A stretch of 64,000 nt of DNA from IMG/VR virus record IMGVR_UViG_3300045303_000182, positions 32,001-96,000 of that record; one strand, given 5' to 3'. Below, in pieces: positions 37,222-46,725 of the stretch. Position 1 is the stretch's first letter. Each line of letters opens with the position of its first letter. Below the pieces are notes generated by a model, which was not told the origin of the DNA, searched no databases, and saw nothing but the letters and a program-made list of their open reading frames with translations. The translations under genes and the position numbers were made by a program. This DNA is from a virus.

Positions 37222-38583
37222 TCAGTTCGTGACGATCTTGCAGACCGAGGACTCGGTCACGACGCCCCAGCCCCAAATCGAGTACCACGCCAGCGCGTGC
37301 TCACGACCGAAGTCGAGCACCCCGCCGTCGCGAAGCTCCACCGGGAGGGAGATGGCATGACCGAAGGCGTTGTCGCCCAGGACGATGGCCTCGTACGCGC
37401 CACCCGACGGACCCCACGGCTGACCCCAGCCGGGGAGGCCAACGGAGCCGGTCGGGTTGTCGTCCAGCGCTGCCGGATCGGCAACGTCCGCGAACGGGTC
37501 GAGCGTCTCGTCGTAGTTGGTCATCGACAGGTCGCCACCGGCCTGCAGCGCGGCGCGCTGGGCCTCGGTGAGGCCGAGGGCCGTGCCACGCCAGTCCGGG
37601 TTGAACGGGTTCGCCGTGGCGACCGCCCCACCCGGCAGGTTCGGGTACGGATCCGACTCGGTGCCGGTGACCGGCGCACCGATCTGCGTCGTCTCGATGA
37701 AGACCACGTCGTCCAGACGGCCGATCTCGCCCAGCATGAAGTTGCCGGGAGCCGCGTACTTCGTGACCTCGATCCACTCCGGGGTGTCCCGGAGCCGACG
37801 GGACTGGTGCGGGTGGACGAAGCAAACGTACGTCTCACCGAGGCGAGGCACGTTCTTGCTCGACAGCACCTCGACGGCGTCCTTCACGCTGTGCGGCGTG
37901 AGGTAGTAGCCGTTGTCCACGCCACCCGCCGTCACAGCGGCGATGTTGGCGGCGACGGTCCCCGGCTCGTAGATGCCGTAGCCAGCGTTGATGGCGGCGG
38001 GCTTCTTGTAGCCGAACACGACGCTCGACGCGCGCTGGAGCGTGCTGCGAGCCTGGCCGTCCATGTAGAGCGCCATGTTGCGGCCCAGGAGACGCGAGGC
38101 CGAGGCCATCACGTCATCGAAGGACGCGTTGAGCAGGAGCTCGGAGACGGCGACCGCGAAGCCCTGCTCTGCGACGGTGATCGCGTACTGGTTCGCCGTG
38201 ATCGCGTGCGTCTTCATGCGGACGCCTTCGATCAGTGGCCCAGCGGGCATGGGGAGGTTGTTGTAGCGCATGAAGTTCACGGTCAGACCCGGCATCGTGC
38301 CGAGTTCCGTCTTCTTCACGGCGAACTGCTCGAACCGGAGCACGGGCATGCTCTGGAAGAGGATCTCCTTGGACCAGATGGTCTGGATCGCTGGACCCAT
38401 CATCGTGGTGCCGGATGCAACGGAGCCGGCGTAGCCGACCCCTGTGTTGTCCATCGTCGCGTTGCCGTAGTACCCCACAGGGGCCTCGTACTGCGAGTAG
38501 GGACCGCCCGTGGCGATACGCGTGGTACCGGTGATACCGGAAACTACGGGAAGCTCGCCACCGAGACCAGTACCTGCGGGCAT
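37222..38583 (-). CDS. Major capsid protein (N4-gp56 family, HK97 fold)
   Basis: LRFEQFA..PGLTVNFMRY, FVHPHQ, GEIGRLDDVVFIET, DFGREHALAWY; AAGGAG RBS. Confidence 0.95.
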   Translation of the reverse strand: MPAGTGLGGELPVVSGITGTTRIATGGPYSQYEAPVGYYGNATMDNTGVGYAGSVASGTTMMGPAIQTIWSKEILFQSMPVLRFEQFAVKKTELGTMPGLTVNFMRYNNLPMPAGPLIEGVRMKTHAITANQYAITVAEQGFAVAVSELLLNASFDDVMASASRLLGRNMALYMDGQARSTLQRASSVVFGYKKPAAINAGYGIYEPGTVAANIAAVTAGGVDNGYYLTPHSVKDAVEVLSSKNVPRLGETYVCFVHPHQSRRLRDTPEWIEVTKYAAPGNFMLGEIGRLDDVVFIETTQIGAPVTGTESDPYPNLPGGAVATANPFNPDWRGTALGLTEAQRAALQAGGDLSMTNYDETLDPFADVADPAALDDNPTGSVGLPGWGQPWGPSGGAYEAIVLGDNAFGHAISLPVELRDGGVLDFGREHALAWYSIWGWGVVTESSVCKIVTN

Positions 38584-38652
38584 GGTGGTTCTCCTTACGG
38601 ATGATGGAGGGCTAGGAAGCCCCCCGGTGCGGTTGTTGTGTTACCGCTGCGC

Positions 38653-39492
38653 TCAGCGGCCTCGTCTGTTGTTCGGTGAGGTCGCCTGGAGGAGTTGTGA
38701 CCGGTAGCGCTTGTAGGTCTCCATGTCCATGCCCTTGATGTCATCGGGCGTCAACGATTCGTACGACGGCAGTTGTTCCATCGGCCCGACAGGCGGTGAA
38801 GTCGGGGCCGCTCCTCTTGGGGGTGGGACGGAGTTGGCGGCTGCCAAGTTGGCGAAGATCTGCTCGCTGCGGGCCTTCATGACCTCGATCGACGCATCGA
38901 TCGCGGCCGGGGTGTCCCCACTGATCAGATCCCGAAGCTCGGGCAGGATGTACTCGGACTCCTGCTCGATGCGCTGGCGCTTGTACTCCATGATCTCGTT
39001 GAACTGTCGTTCCCGGTCGAACACGGCGCGGTCGGCGTCGTAGCGCTGCTCCAACTGTGATAGCTGCGTCTGCCATTCCACTTCCTTGCGGGCGAGGAGG
39101 TCACGGACCTCAAGCTCGCCCTCTTCCTTCGCCTTCGCGATGTCGGCAGCCTCTTGGGCCAACCTCTCCCGCTCGGCCGTCTCAGCGGCTCGCGCCGCCT
39201 GCAGTTCCTCTAGCTGCGACCCCATCGTCTCGATGCGGCCGTACAGCTTGTCCTTCTCCTCGCGTCGGATCTCAGCGACCTCCTGCTCCGTGAAGAAGCG
39301 GCCCTGGACCTGTTGCGGCTGTGTGATCCCGTTGCCCAAGTTGACAACCGGCTGACTGACCTGTTGGTCGGGTCTGCCGTTCTGTCCGTTCCAGTCCGCG
39401 GCGTTGCGCGGCTGTGCTGGTTCCACGCCGACAAGGTGACCCTGGCCGGTGTCTGTGATGTTGTTGGGCTGGTTGCCCTCTTGGACGGTCAT
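38653..39492 (-). CDS. Capsid scaffolding protein
   Basis: Coiled coil, REEKDKLY, C-terminal IKGMDMETYKRYRSQLL; between portal and capsid. Confidence 0.85.
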   Translation of the reverse strand: MTVQEGNQPNNITDTGQGHLVGVEPAQPRNAADWNGQNGRPDQQVSQPVVNLGNGITQPQQVQGRFFTEQEVAEIRREEKDKLYGRIETMGSQLEELQAARAAETAERERLAQEAADIAKAKEEGELEVRDLLARKEVEWQTQLSQLEQRYDADRAVFDRERQFNEIMEYKRQRIEQESEYILPELRDLISGDTPAAIDASIEVMKARSEQIFANLAAANSVPPPRGAAPTSPPVGPMEQLPSYESLTPDDIKGMDMETYKRYRSQLLQATSPNNRRGR

Positions 39493-39576
39493 GTTGCGCC
39501 TTCTCGTTGTCCTGGTTGGTGAAGTTAGCAGGTGGGTGAGCGATACCTGGATATCACACGTCCCCTAAGGGATGTA

Positions 39577-41232
39577 TCACTCGGTCTGTTCGTCAAAGTC
39601 TGACCGCTCCGGCGGGTGCGGTCCATAGGCCATCCACTGAAGCTCCTGAGCCATCGCCGGATCGACCTGCTGGAGCATCGGAACGGGGTTGCCCTCGGCG
39701 TCAGCGCCCATCATCGGCTGCCCGTCGGGTGTCATGCCCGTCGCCATCATGGTGAAGCTGTTGATCTGGCCGCGGATGAGGTCGAGCGCACCCTGCTGCT
39801 TCGTGTCCTCCAGCACCTCTTCGAAGATCTCGCGCATCTTCTGGTCCGGGAAGGCGTAGCCGAGGTCGCGCAGCGCTCCGCGTCGGGACTCGAGGTTCAT
39901 CGCCATCATCGCCTGGATCTCGTTGATCTTGATCAGCCGGTCCATCGGCATCGGGGCGGGCCAGTCCACGTAGGTGCGGTAGCTCGCCGGGTCGTTGGGG
40001 TTGAGCTCGGGGTACTGGTCGGGCTTCAACTCCGTCGAGGACAGCATCGGGTTGTACACGACGAGGTCCGGGGCGAAGAGGAAGGCGTGCCGGATGATCA
40101 ACTCGTTGATCTGCTGGAACAGCGGCGTGTACTGGGTCTTCTTGCGCTCGTACTTGAGCATCAGCGGCTGGTACTGGATCGACAGTGCGACGCCTGATGT
40201 GTTACTGATCGGCTGCATCGTGCCGAGCGCCTGAGCCGGGACGCCGGTCAGTTCGTGCATCGCCTGCTTGAGCAACTCCATGTAGCCGAGCGGACCGGTG
40301 AAGTTGGTCTGCAACTCCAACTGGCTGATCTTGGCGTCCTTGTTGTTGATGGCCCACACCTTGCGTGGACCCTTCTCCAGGTTCGACGCCTTGGCTCCGG
40401 TGATCACCGTGACGGGAGCGACGTGGTAGTTGATGATGTCGCTGATCTCCGTGGCCTTCTCGTTGTACTCACGGTTGAGCGAGACGAGGTCGGTGATGTC
40501 GGCCAGGCCCCACGGCGACGAGGCCACAGGGATGTTGGTGCAGAAGGCGATCGGGATCGTGCCCAGCGGGTTGGGGCGCGCGTCGATCAGTTCGTCGTTG
40601 ATGTACTCCTCGATCGTCTCCTCGGTCATGAGCTCGACGTATGTCATCACCATGCGCGAGCCGTCCGAGGCCGTGCCCCAGAACTTGTACTTGAGCTTGA
40701 AGCGGATGAGGCGCGATCGATCGTGCGGGTGGAACTCCGGGAAGCAGAAGGCGGGGTTCAGCGGGAGGATGCGGATCTTGCCGTTGTGCGGCACGCCGGC
40801 CGGGTCCACGTACGGGTCTTCGAAGGCGACCTTGACGAACACGTCACCCGAGACACCACCAAGCTGGCCGATCTCCTGGAGGATCCCCATCTTGTTGTTG
40901 TGGACCTCCCACACTTCCTTGAGCGAGTACGGCACGATGGCCGCGGTCGCCTCGGGGCTGTGGAAGTTGATGCCCTTGCCGAAGCAGAAGTTGCAGATGT
41001 AGTCCGCGAACGCGCGCACCCAGTTGAAGACCAACTGCGGCTCGCCTATCTCACGCTTGTATGCCCAGTGATGGCCGAGGTACCACGCCCAGTTGCTGGC
41101 GTACCGGTTCATCCGAGGTCCGTGGACTTCGAACTCCTCGTCGGCAAGCTCCACCAGACCCAGCGGTGAGATAGCAACGGTGAGGTCGCTGGCAGCGCCT
41201 CGGTAGCTGGGTGGGTAGAAGGTGGCTGCCAT
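39577..41232 (-). CDS. Portal protein (SPP1 gp6-like)
   Basis: 551 aa; GGVSGDVFVKV, NPLGTIP, SNTSGVAL. Confidence 0.92.
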   Translation of the reverse strand: MAATFYPPSYRGAASDLTVAISPLGLVELADEEFEVHGPRMNRYASNWAWYLGHHWAYKREIGEPQLVFNWVRAFADYICNFCFGKGINFHSPEATAAIVPYSLKEVWEVHNNKMGILQEIGQLGGVSGDVFVKVAFEDPYVDPAGVPHNGKIRILPLNPAFCFPEFHPHDRSRLIRFKLKYKFWGTASDGSRMVMTYVELMTEETIEEYINDELIDARPNPLGTIPIAFCTNIPVASSPWGLADITDLVSLNREYNEKATEISDIINYHVAPVTVITGAKASNLEKGPRKVWAINNKDAKISQLELQTNFTGPLGYMELLKQAMHELTGVPAQALGTMQPISNTSGVALSIQYQPLMLKYERKKTQYTPLFQQINELIIRHAFLFAPDLVVYNPMLSSTELKPDQYPELNPNDPASYRTYVDWPAPMPMDRLIKINEIQAMMAMNLESRRGALRDLGYAFPDQKMREIFEEVLEDTKQQGALDLIRGQINSFTMMATGMTPDGQPMMGADAEGNPVPMLQQVDPAMAQELQWMAYGPHPPERSDFDEQTE

Positions 41233-42071
41233 CAGAATCCTTCGAACTGCATCTGGTTGGCGACCCGACGGTGCGTCGGCTCAGGCTCAGGCTGTGATAC
41301 CGCAGTATGGCGCAGTTCGGACAGCAGCGGCTCATGCGCGCTCTCAGTGGAGGCTCCCCACTCGCCCAGGCCCGCCCCCTTGCCGATGCGCTCCACGTCG
41401 TTGGTGGAGAAGTCGATCGCCTCGCTGAGGCTGCCCATGCCGCCACGGATCAGGCCCCACTTGGGCGTGTAGCCGATCGTCTGCCCGCTGCGCTCGCCCT
41501 CGTTCGCCACGACCGGATCGAACAGCGCCTGCTGGATGTGCGGCAGCTTGCCTTGCTCCTGGTGGAGGCGGTTGGCCTCGGGCGTGCCCTGCACAGCGTG
41601 GTGAGCGAGGTCCACGTAGTCGAGGCTGCCTCGAGCTTCGATCGTCGGCTCGCGACCGGTAGGGGTGTAGTCATGCACCCCTTGGGGGGCTATGGCGTGG
41701 TCCCGTACCGTGGTACCAGGACGGAGACGTACCTCGGCCTCGTTGTCGAAGCCCCACTGCGACTTGCCGGTCTTGAACTCGCCGTTGTCGGTGTAGTGCG
41801 AGCGGATGTTGCCGCCCATCCACTCGCCCTGGCTGATGATCTGGTCAGGGTCCACGACCGCTCGATGCACGGTGCGCTCCTCGTCGCTCCCGCCGAGGCC
41901 GGTGTAGTGAGCCACGTTCTGGTCGGTGGTCCAGTGGACGCCAAGTGAGTCACCAGGCCCGCCCTGCATGCGGTAGATCGTCGTGTTCGGCGTCGGGTTC
42001 TTGGCGAGCTTCTGGAACTGCTCCTTGCGGAGCTTCATGGCAGCCCACTCTTCATCGCTCACACCCGCCAT
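41232..42071 (-). CDS. Putative ADP-ribosyltransferase-fold protein (R-S/T-E type)
   Basis: TIYR...LGVHWTTDQNVA...EAEVRL. Confidence 0.55.
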   Translation of the reverse strand: MAGVSDEEWAAMKLRKEQFQKLAKNPTPNTTIYRMQGGPGDSLGVHWTTDQNVAHYTGLGGSDEERTVHRAVVDPDQIISQGEWMGGNIRSHYTDNGEFKTGKSQWGFDNEAEVRLRPGTTVRDHAIAPQGVHDYTPTGREPTIEARGSLDYVDLAHHAVQGTPEANRLHQEQGKLPHIQQALFDPVVANEGERSGQTIGYTPKWGLIRGGMGSLSEAIDFSTNDVERIGKGAGLGEWGASTESAHEPLLSELRHTAVSQPEPEPTHRRVANQMQFEGF

Positions 42072-42286
42072 CAGGTCCACCGGCTCTTGGTCGGGGACTT
42101 CGCGCGCATGTAGCTGCGGTAGGCGTTCTTGATCGGGTTGCGGACGTAGAGCGCTGGGAACTGCTTGCTGCTCAGCGTCGGGAAGGGGTCACTGGGACTG
42201 CCCGTCTGGTGCGAGGCAGCGAACGTCTCGATGTGGTGCCGCGGCGGCTGCCGGCGTGGGCGTGTCTCGCCGCGGTATCCAGGCAT
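42071..42286 (-). CDS. Small basic protein
   Basis: 71 aa from MPGYRGE; contains LSSKQF. Confidence 0.55.
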   Translation of the reverse strand: MPGYRGETRPRRQPPRHHIETFAASHQTGSPSDPFPTLSSKQFPALYVRNPIKNAYRSYMRAKSPTKSRWT

Positions 42287-42290
42287 CTCG

Positions 42291-42434
42291 CTACTTCGTG
42301 TCCTTGCCGGTGTCTTGGCGCTCGCGCCCCTTGCTGGCCGCAGACGGCTTGGCCTTGGTCTGCTCCTTCTTGCCCTTCGTGAACGGCTCGGCCTTCTTGC
42401 CGCCGAAACTCGCTGGCTTCTTGTCACCAGGCAC
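42291..42434 (-). CDS. Small Lys-rich protein
   Basis: GGAGGAGGAGG RBS then GTG; VPGDKKPASFGGKKAEPF. Confidence 0.55.
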   Translation of the reverse strand: MPGDKKPASFGGKKAEPFTKGKKEQTKAKPSAASKGRERQDTGKDTK

Positions 42435-42885
42435 CTGCGCTACCTCCTCCTCCACCCCCGCCAGGGGTGTCGTACATGGGTGAGCGCTCGACCTTGCGGT
42501 TCGGATCGAACGCTGTGTTATTGCCATATGAGCCGTTGATCCCTCGCGACCCGTGAGATCCGCCGGGGCCGTACTCGGCCTGGGCGAGCGCGCGTTGGCC
42601 GGGAAGCGAGGAGTGCAGCCGCCAGTCCTGGGTGAACCCGCCGCCCTGGGGATGGGGCACGACGATCTCAGGCCCCTGCTTCTGCGGCGGGGTGTAGCTG
42701 CCGGTGATGCCGATCTGCGGCCCCGGCTCCTTCTTGGGATCAGCGAAGAGCTTGTACGGGATCGTGCTCTCCAGCACGCTGTCCTTGTCGTCGGAGAAGA
42801 ACGCACCGTGGATCGCGCCGATCGCACCACCGCTGACGAAGCCAGCAGCAGCCTTGAGCGGGTTGGGCCACCAGTCCTTCGGCAT
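42424..42885 (-). CDS. Gly/Pro-rich hypothetical protein
   Basis: 153 aa; contains DPNRKV. Confidence 0.6.
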   Translation of the reverse strand: MPKDWWPNPLKAAAGFVSGGAIGAIHGAFFSDDKDSVLESTIPYKLFADPKKEPGPQIGITGSYTPPQKQGPEIVVPHPQGGGFTQDWRLHSSLPGQRALAQAEYGPGGSHGSRGINGSYGNNTAFDPNRKVERSPMYDTPGGGGGGGSAGAW

Positions 42886-43064
42886 CAGCTACCTCCGTGA
42901 CCGAACTTCTCCGTCATCTCGCTCAAGAAGCGAGAGTCCTCGTCGTCGGGGTTGTTCATGGTGGCCTTCATCCGTGCGAAGCGATCCTCCATGGCATCGC
43001 GCGACACCTGCCGATCGGGATGCCCAGCCTTGTTGGGCTTGTCCACTCCATGTCCACTCGCCAT
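42885..43064 (-). CDS. Small protein sharing its N-terminus with the neighbour
   Basis: 59 aa, below the ORF track cut-off: MASGHGVDKPNKAGHPDRQVSRDAMEDRF...; TGATG overlaps at both ends. Confidence 0.7.
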   Translation of the reverse strand: MASGHGVDKPNKAGHPDRQVSRDAMEDRFARMKATMNNPDDEDSRFLSEMTEKFGHGGS

Positions 43065-43279
43065 CAGCGTGATCCTCCTTGCTCTTTCGGCAGTTGGTGA
43101 CCCATGCCGATGCTTCTCATGTACTCGGCGTAGTCACCCGTGCCGACGGCCTTGGCCGAAGCGTCCGAAGCCCTCCAGGCGTCAAGCTCCTGGGCGTATG
43201 GACCAACGTCCTCAGGCCCGACCTTGCGGCCGGGATGGTCTGCCTTGTTGGGCTTCGGGACGCCATGACCGCTTGCCAT
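43064..43279 (-). CDS. Small protein sharing its N-terminus with the neighbour
   Basis: MASGHGVPKPNKADHPGRKV. Confidence 0.7.
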   Translation of the reverse strand: MASGHGVPKPNKADHPGRKVGPEDVGPYAQELDAWRASDASAKAVGTGDYAEYMRSIGMGHQLPKEQGGSR

Positions 43280-43281
43280 GA

Positions 43282-43500
43282 CTAGGCCGGAAGCTGCGTG
43301 GCCTCGGGCGGCGTCTCGTTGTCGCCGCGCGACGCCTGGATCTCATCGATCGCCGCCTGGATCTCGTCCACCTTGGCGTTGATCTCCTGGCCGACCTCGG
43401 CAGCCTTGGCCGACAGCGCCTGGCGCAGTTCCTGCACCGCCGTGTGTGCCTTCTCGATGGCGGCGTCGAGGCGACCTCCGGGGGTTGCTGTGTCACTCAT
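43282..43500 (-). CDS. Small coiled-coil protein
   Basis: 72 aa; AAGGAG RBS. Confidence 0.65.
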   Translation of the reverse strand: MSDTATPGGRLDAAIEKAHTAVQELRQALSAKAAEVGQEINAKVDEIQAAIDEIQASRGDNETPPEATQLPA

Positions 43501-43511
43501 GTCGTATCTCC

Positions 43512-43823
43512 TTATGGGGTTGGTTGACCAAGTAGATGGTCAGCGAGTTGTCGATGGAAGCCCTTGACGAGGGTCTGCGGGGGATCACCAAGCTCGTAGG
43601 GGTTCATCCCGATGAGCTCGTCAACCCCGTCCTCCGCAGGCTCGTAGAGCGGTACGCCTTCTTGGTACTCGGAGAGGTCGGACTCGGTGTCACTCGTTGA
43701 CACATAGACGTAGAGCGCCTGGCGCTCCTCGTCCCACTGTGCGCCATGGACCTTGACCTTGCCGTTGCGCGGCAGGTTGATGTCATATGCCAGCTTCCAG
43801 TACACGTCTTGCTTCTCAGCCAT
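43512..43823 (-). CDS. Hypothetical protein
   Basis: 103 aa ORF in operon. Confidence 0.6.
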   Translation of the reverse strand: MAEKQDVYWKLAYDINLPRNGKVKVHGAQWDEERQALYVYVSTSDTESDLSEYQEGVPLYEPAEDGVDELIGMNPYELGDPPQTLVKGFHRQLADHLLGQPTP

Positions 43824-43826
43824 GTG

Positions 43827-45167
43827 TCAGTCGGGGAGGTACAGCGCCCCGGCCCCTCTCTTGGTCCGTCTGGTGAAAGTTGTCTCGGGCATCGCTGCCG
43901 CCTGCCAACCGTAAACCTTCTCAGGTGTGTACGACAGGGTGCGAGCGCCTGGCTCCGGGTGCAGCGTGCGGTGGATCTGCTCCTCGCCCCAGGCAGCGCC
44001 CTGCTGGTAGCGAATCTTGCCGAGGCCGCGCTCGCCCAGCACCTGCCGGAAGGCGAAGTCCATCGCAGCGTGAGCGTGAGGGATGCGGGCCATCGCCAAC
44101 TCCCGCTCCGACTTGGAGCCAGTGTCAGCGCCCGACGGGTTGATGTTCTGCCCCGACCCCTTGATCCCGGAGAGGTGCGGGAGGGCGATCCCGGCCATGT
44201 GGATGTCGCCCACGGTGAACGGCGCAGCCTCGTCAACGAACGAGCCAGCGAACGGAGAGGTCTTCGGGGCTGCTCCGAACAGCGGGTTGCCCTCGGGTGA
44301 GGTCTTCGACGGCAGGCCCATCCAGTCGGTGATGTCAGCGCCCTCGATGCCCTGCTTGAGGCCCCATCCAGCCTTGCGGACGTTGGTGAACATGCCGATG
44401 CCACCACTGCCGGGACCATGGGTCCGACCGATCTCCTTGAGATCCTCCCCGGAGATCTCGCGGAACTGCTCACCCGTCGTGTAGCGCCCGCTCTGAGCGA
44501 TGTGTCCCGCCACCGCAGCAGCGTTCACGTTCGACGTGTTCATCGCCCCACCAAGGGTCGGCTCAGCGAACTTGTTCTTGGCCGAGGTCATGGCGATCGC
44601 TGCTGCCTGCCACTCGCTTGGGGCACCAGGGATAGCGCGCTCCAGCGACTTGCGAGCGAACGACTCAGGCTCGTAGAAGTTGGCGGCGTACGGCGTCGCC
44701 CCCATCTGGCTGGAGCGGGTGTACGCGCGATCGAGGCCACGGCCGAGGTCAGCCGTCATGCGGCCCAGGCTGGTGCCGTGTTGCTCGAGGCCGGCGTGAG
44801 CGCGGGTTCGCTCGTCATCGGAGAGGTCTTCCCAGCGCGTCGGCAACGGGAAGGGGTTGTTGCCGTGCTCGGCCAGTTCGTTGAACTCGTACATCGACGG
44901 AGCAGCGCGGGCGTGCGTCTTCTCGATGTCGGTCCAGCCCATCTTCTCGTAGTGGGCAGCCATGTCGCCAACGCCGCGCAGCGGCGAGTCCATCTTCGAC
45001 CCGCTCTGCTCGTAGGAGCGACGACGCGTCGTCAGCGTGTTCCGCACGGCCACGTTCTCCGGGCGAGCCATGTCCTCGGGGGTGAAGCTGCGCTTGACGC
45101 CCTCGCTGACATCGGACGCCTCGCGGAGCGTCTGGAGCGGCCGACCTCTCTGTGGTGCTGTAGGCAT
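43827..45167 (-). CDS. Putative HhH-GPD/EndoIII-like DNA glycosylase-fold protein
   Basis: AAAIAMTSAKN..NVNAA, PKTSPF, FTVGDIHM, YQQGAAW. Confidence 0.5.
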   Translation of the reverse strand: MPTAPQRGRPLQTLREASDVSEGVKRSFTPEDMARPENVAVRNTLTTRRRSYEQSGSKMDSPLRGVGDMAAHYEKMGWTDIEKTHARAAPSMYEFNELAEHGNNPFPLPTRWEDLSDDERTRAHAGLEQHGTSLGRMTADLGRGLDRAYTRSSQMGATPYAANFYEPESFARKSLERAIPGAPSEWQAAAIAMTSAKNKFAEPTLGGAMNTSNVNAAAVAGHIAQSGRYTTGEQFREISGEDLKEIGRTHGPGSGGIGMFTNVRKAGWGLKQGIEGADITDWMGLPSKTSPEGNPLFGAAPKTSPFAGSFVDEAAPFTVGDIHMAGIALPHLSGIKGSGQNINPSGADTGSKSERELAMARIPHAHAAMDFAFRQVLGERGLGKIRYQQGAAWGEEQIHRTLHPEPGARTLSYTPEKVYGWQAAAMPETTFTRRTKRGAGALYLPD

Positions 45168-45200
45168 ACGAAATCAGTTTCCGTTCGCTAGCATAAACCC

Positions 45201-45398
45201 GTGGCTACCAACCAACTCACCGGAACCGGCTCGCTCATCGACCTCCTTGAGGCGCTGACTGACGAGCAGCTTGAGGAGCAGATCACGTACTGGCAGGAGC
45301 GCCGTTCCGAGGCGGTGGCGCGCGGCTACGCCTCCTGGCGCTACAGCCGCTCCATCGAGACGGCCTCCGGGATCCTGTCCAGCCGTCATTCCGCCTGA
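45201..45398 (+). CDS. Small hypothetical protein opposite to the surrounding operon
   Basis: 65 aa; TAGCAT-6nt-GTG leaderless promoter; fills the gap between two minus-strand genes. Confidence 0.6.
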   Translation: MATNQLTGTGSLIDLLEALTDEQLEEQITYWQERRSEAVARGYASWRYSRSIETASGILSSRHSA

Positions 45399-45997
45399 GC
45401 CGCCCTCCGAGCCTTGATCTTGGACTCCTTGGCTGCCTTGGCGTCACGCACCGGTTGATTGGCCCAACTGGCGATCTCCGGGTACTTCTCCGGGTCGAGC
45501 GCAGTGGCCGGGTTGTTCTTGATGACGTTGGCGAACTCGGGGAACGCCGCCGACAGCCGAGCCGGGGGAGTGTGCTCCGACCCGGTGAACCATGGGTTCG
45601 GCTCCTCGGCCATGTCGTGGAGGCTGAACGACGCTTCCTGGCCGCGCAGAATCTGCGCTCGGCGTGAGTTGCTATGTCCCTGCGGCGTGGCCGGATAGAC
45701 CTTCGGGATGTCGAGCACGCTGGCGTCGTCGGACTGCCAGCCGCCGATCATCTCCTGGCCGCGACCCTTGGCCTTCTGCTGCTGCCAGAGCGGAGCCGAC
45801 CCGGCAACGTAGCCAGCGAGGTGTGCCTCGTCGGCGGTCCCGCCAACACGAAGCTCAGCAGCGGGGTGCGCTGCCACCGAATAGCCCTCGGTGACGAAGT
45901 CGCGCTTGCGGGGGTCGTACGTGAAGCCACCCTCCGTCGCGAGACGGTTCTTCATCTCACCGAACTGGTGATCGCTGGTAACTCCACTCCCACTCAT
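45386..45997 (-). CDS. Hypothetical phage protein (GGFT..GY.V..G.W..LD..Q.A motif set)
   Basis: 203 aa from MSGSGVTSDHQF. Confidence 0.6.
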   Translation of the reverse strand: MSGSGVTSDHQFGEMKNRLATEGGFTYDPRKRDFVTEGYSVAAHPAAELRVGGTADEAHLAGYVAGSAPLWQQQKAKGRGQEMIGGWQSDDASVLDIPKVYPATPQGHSNSRRAQILRGQEASFSLHDMAEEPNPWFTGSEHTPPARLSAAFPEFANVIKNNPATALDPEKYPEIASWANQPVRDAKAAKESKIKARRAAQAE

Positions 45998-46296
45998 CCC
46001 TGCGGACTCCTTGGCTTGACCCACCCCTTGCTGATCTGCTTGGCCCGCTGACGGGCCTGGATCTCGGGTTCCCGGATGTACTGCGGCTGGAGCGCCGGCG
46101 GAAGCTCATGCTTCTTGAGGTAGTTCTCCTTGGCCGCTGTGATCGCTGCTGGCGTGTTCTCCAGCATCTCAAAGCCGGTCTTCGACCGACTCGGCCCGAC
46201 GGGCTTGATGAGATACTTGCCCAGGTTGGACTTGGGACGACCAGGAGCCGCCTTGGTCCAATCGACCAACACCGTGCCCTTCTTGAGGGCGGGCAC
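45994..46296 (-). CDS. Basic hypothetical protein
   Basis: 100 aa ORF in operon. Confidence 0.6.
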   Translation of the reverse strand: MPALKKGTVLVDWTKAAPGRPKSNLGKYLIKPVGPSRSKTGFEMLENTPAAITAAKENYLKKHELPPALQPQYIREPEIQARQRAKQISKGWVKPRSPQG

Positions 46297-46299
46297 GGG

Positions 46300-46662
46300 T
46301 CAGTCCTGGACGTTCGCCGGGTTGATGCGGATCAGCCGTCGCTCGGAGCCAAGCTCCATCTCGAACTGCGGCGGCAACTGGCCGACCGAAGCGCCGATGA
46401 CGAAGTCCTGGAGCATGGTCGGTGCCTCGATCCAGGTTGCGCTGCCGACGTGAGCTCGCTCACGCATGGTCTGCATCGGATCCTTGACGCAGACGAAGGG
46501 ACGGCCACGACCGTCACCGCCCGGATCACCGTAGGCACCCTGGCCGAAGTCGGCGGGGATGTCGGTGTCGGTGGCGACGCCCTCTTCGAAGCGAAGGGGA
46601 CCACGCCGCGCGGTGTTGATCGCGATGGCGTGCTCGTAGCCCGATTCTGGACGGTATGACAT
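46300..46662 (-). CDS. Conserved phage protein, probably head-associated
   Basis: RRGPLRFEEGVATDTD..MRERAHVGSATWIEAP; AGGAGG RBS. Confidence 0.65.
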   Translation of the reverse strand: MSYRPESGYEHAIAINTARRGPLRFEEGVATDTDIPADFGQGAYGDPGGDGRGRPFVCVKDPMQTMRERAHVGSATWIEAPTMLQDFVIGASVGQLPPQFEMELGSERRLIRINPANVQD

Positions 46663-46725
46663 ACGGGCCTCCTGTTAGCTGGCTATGGACGGAGCATAGC
46701 CCTATACCACGACCTGGCTGAGGTA

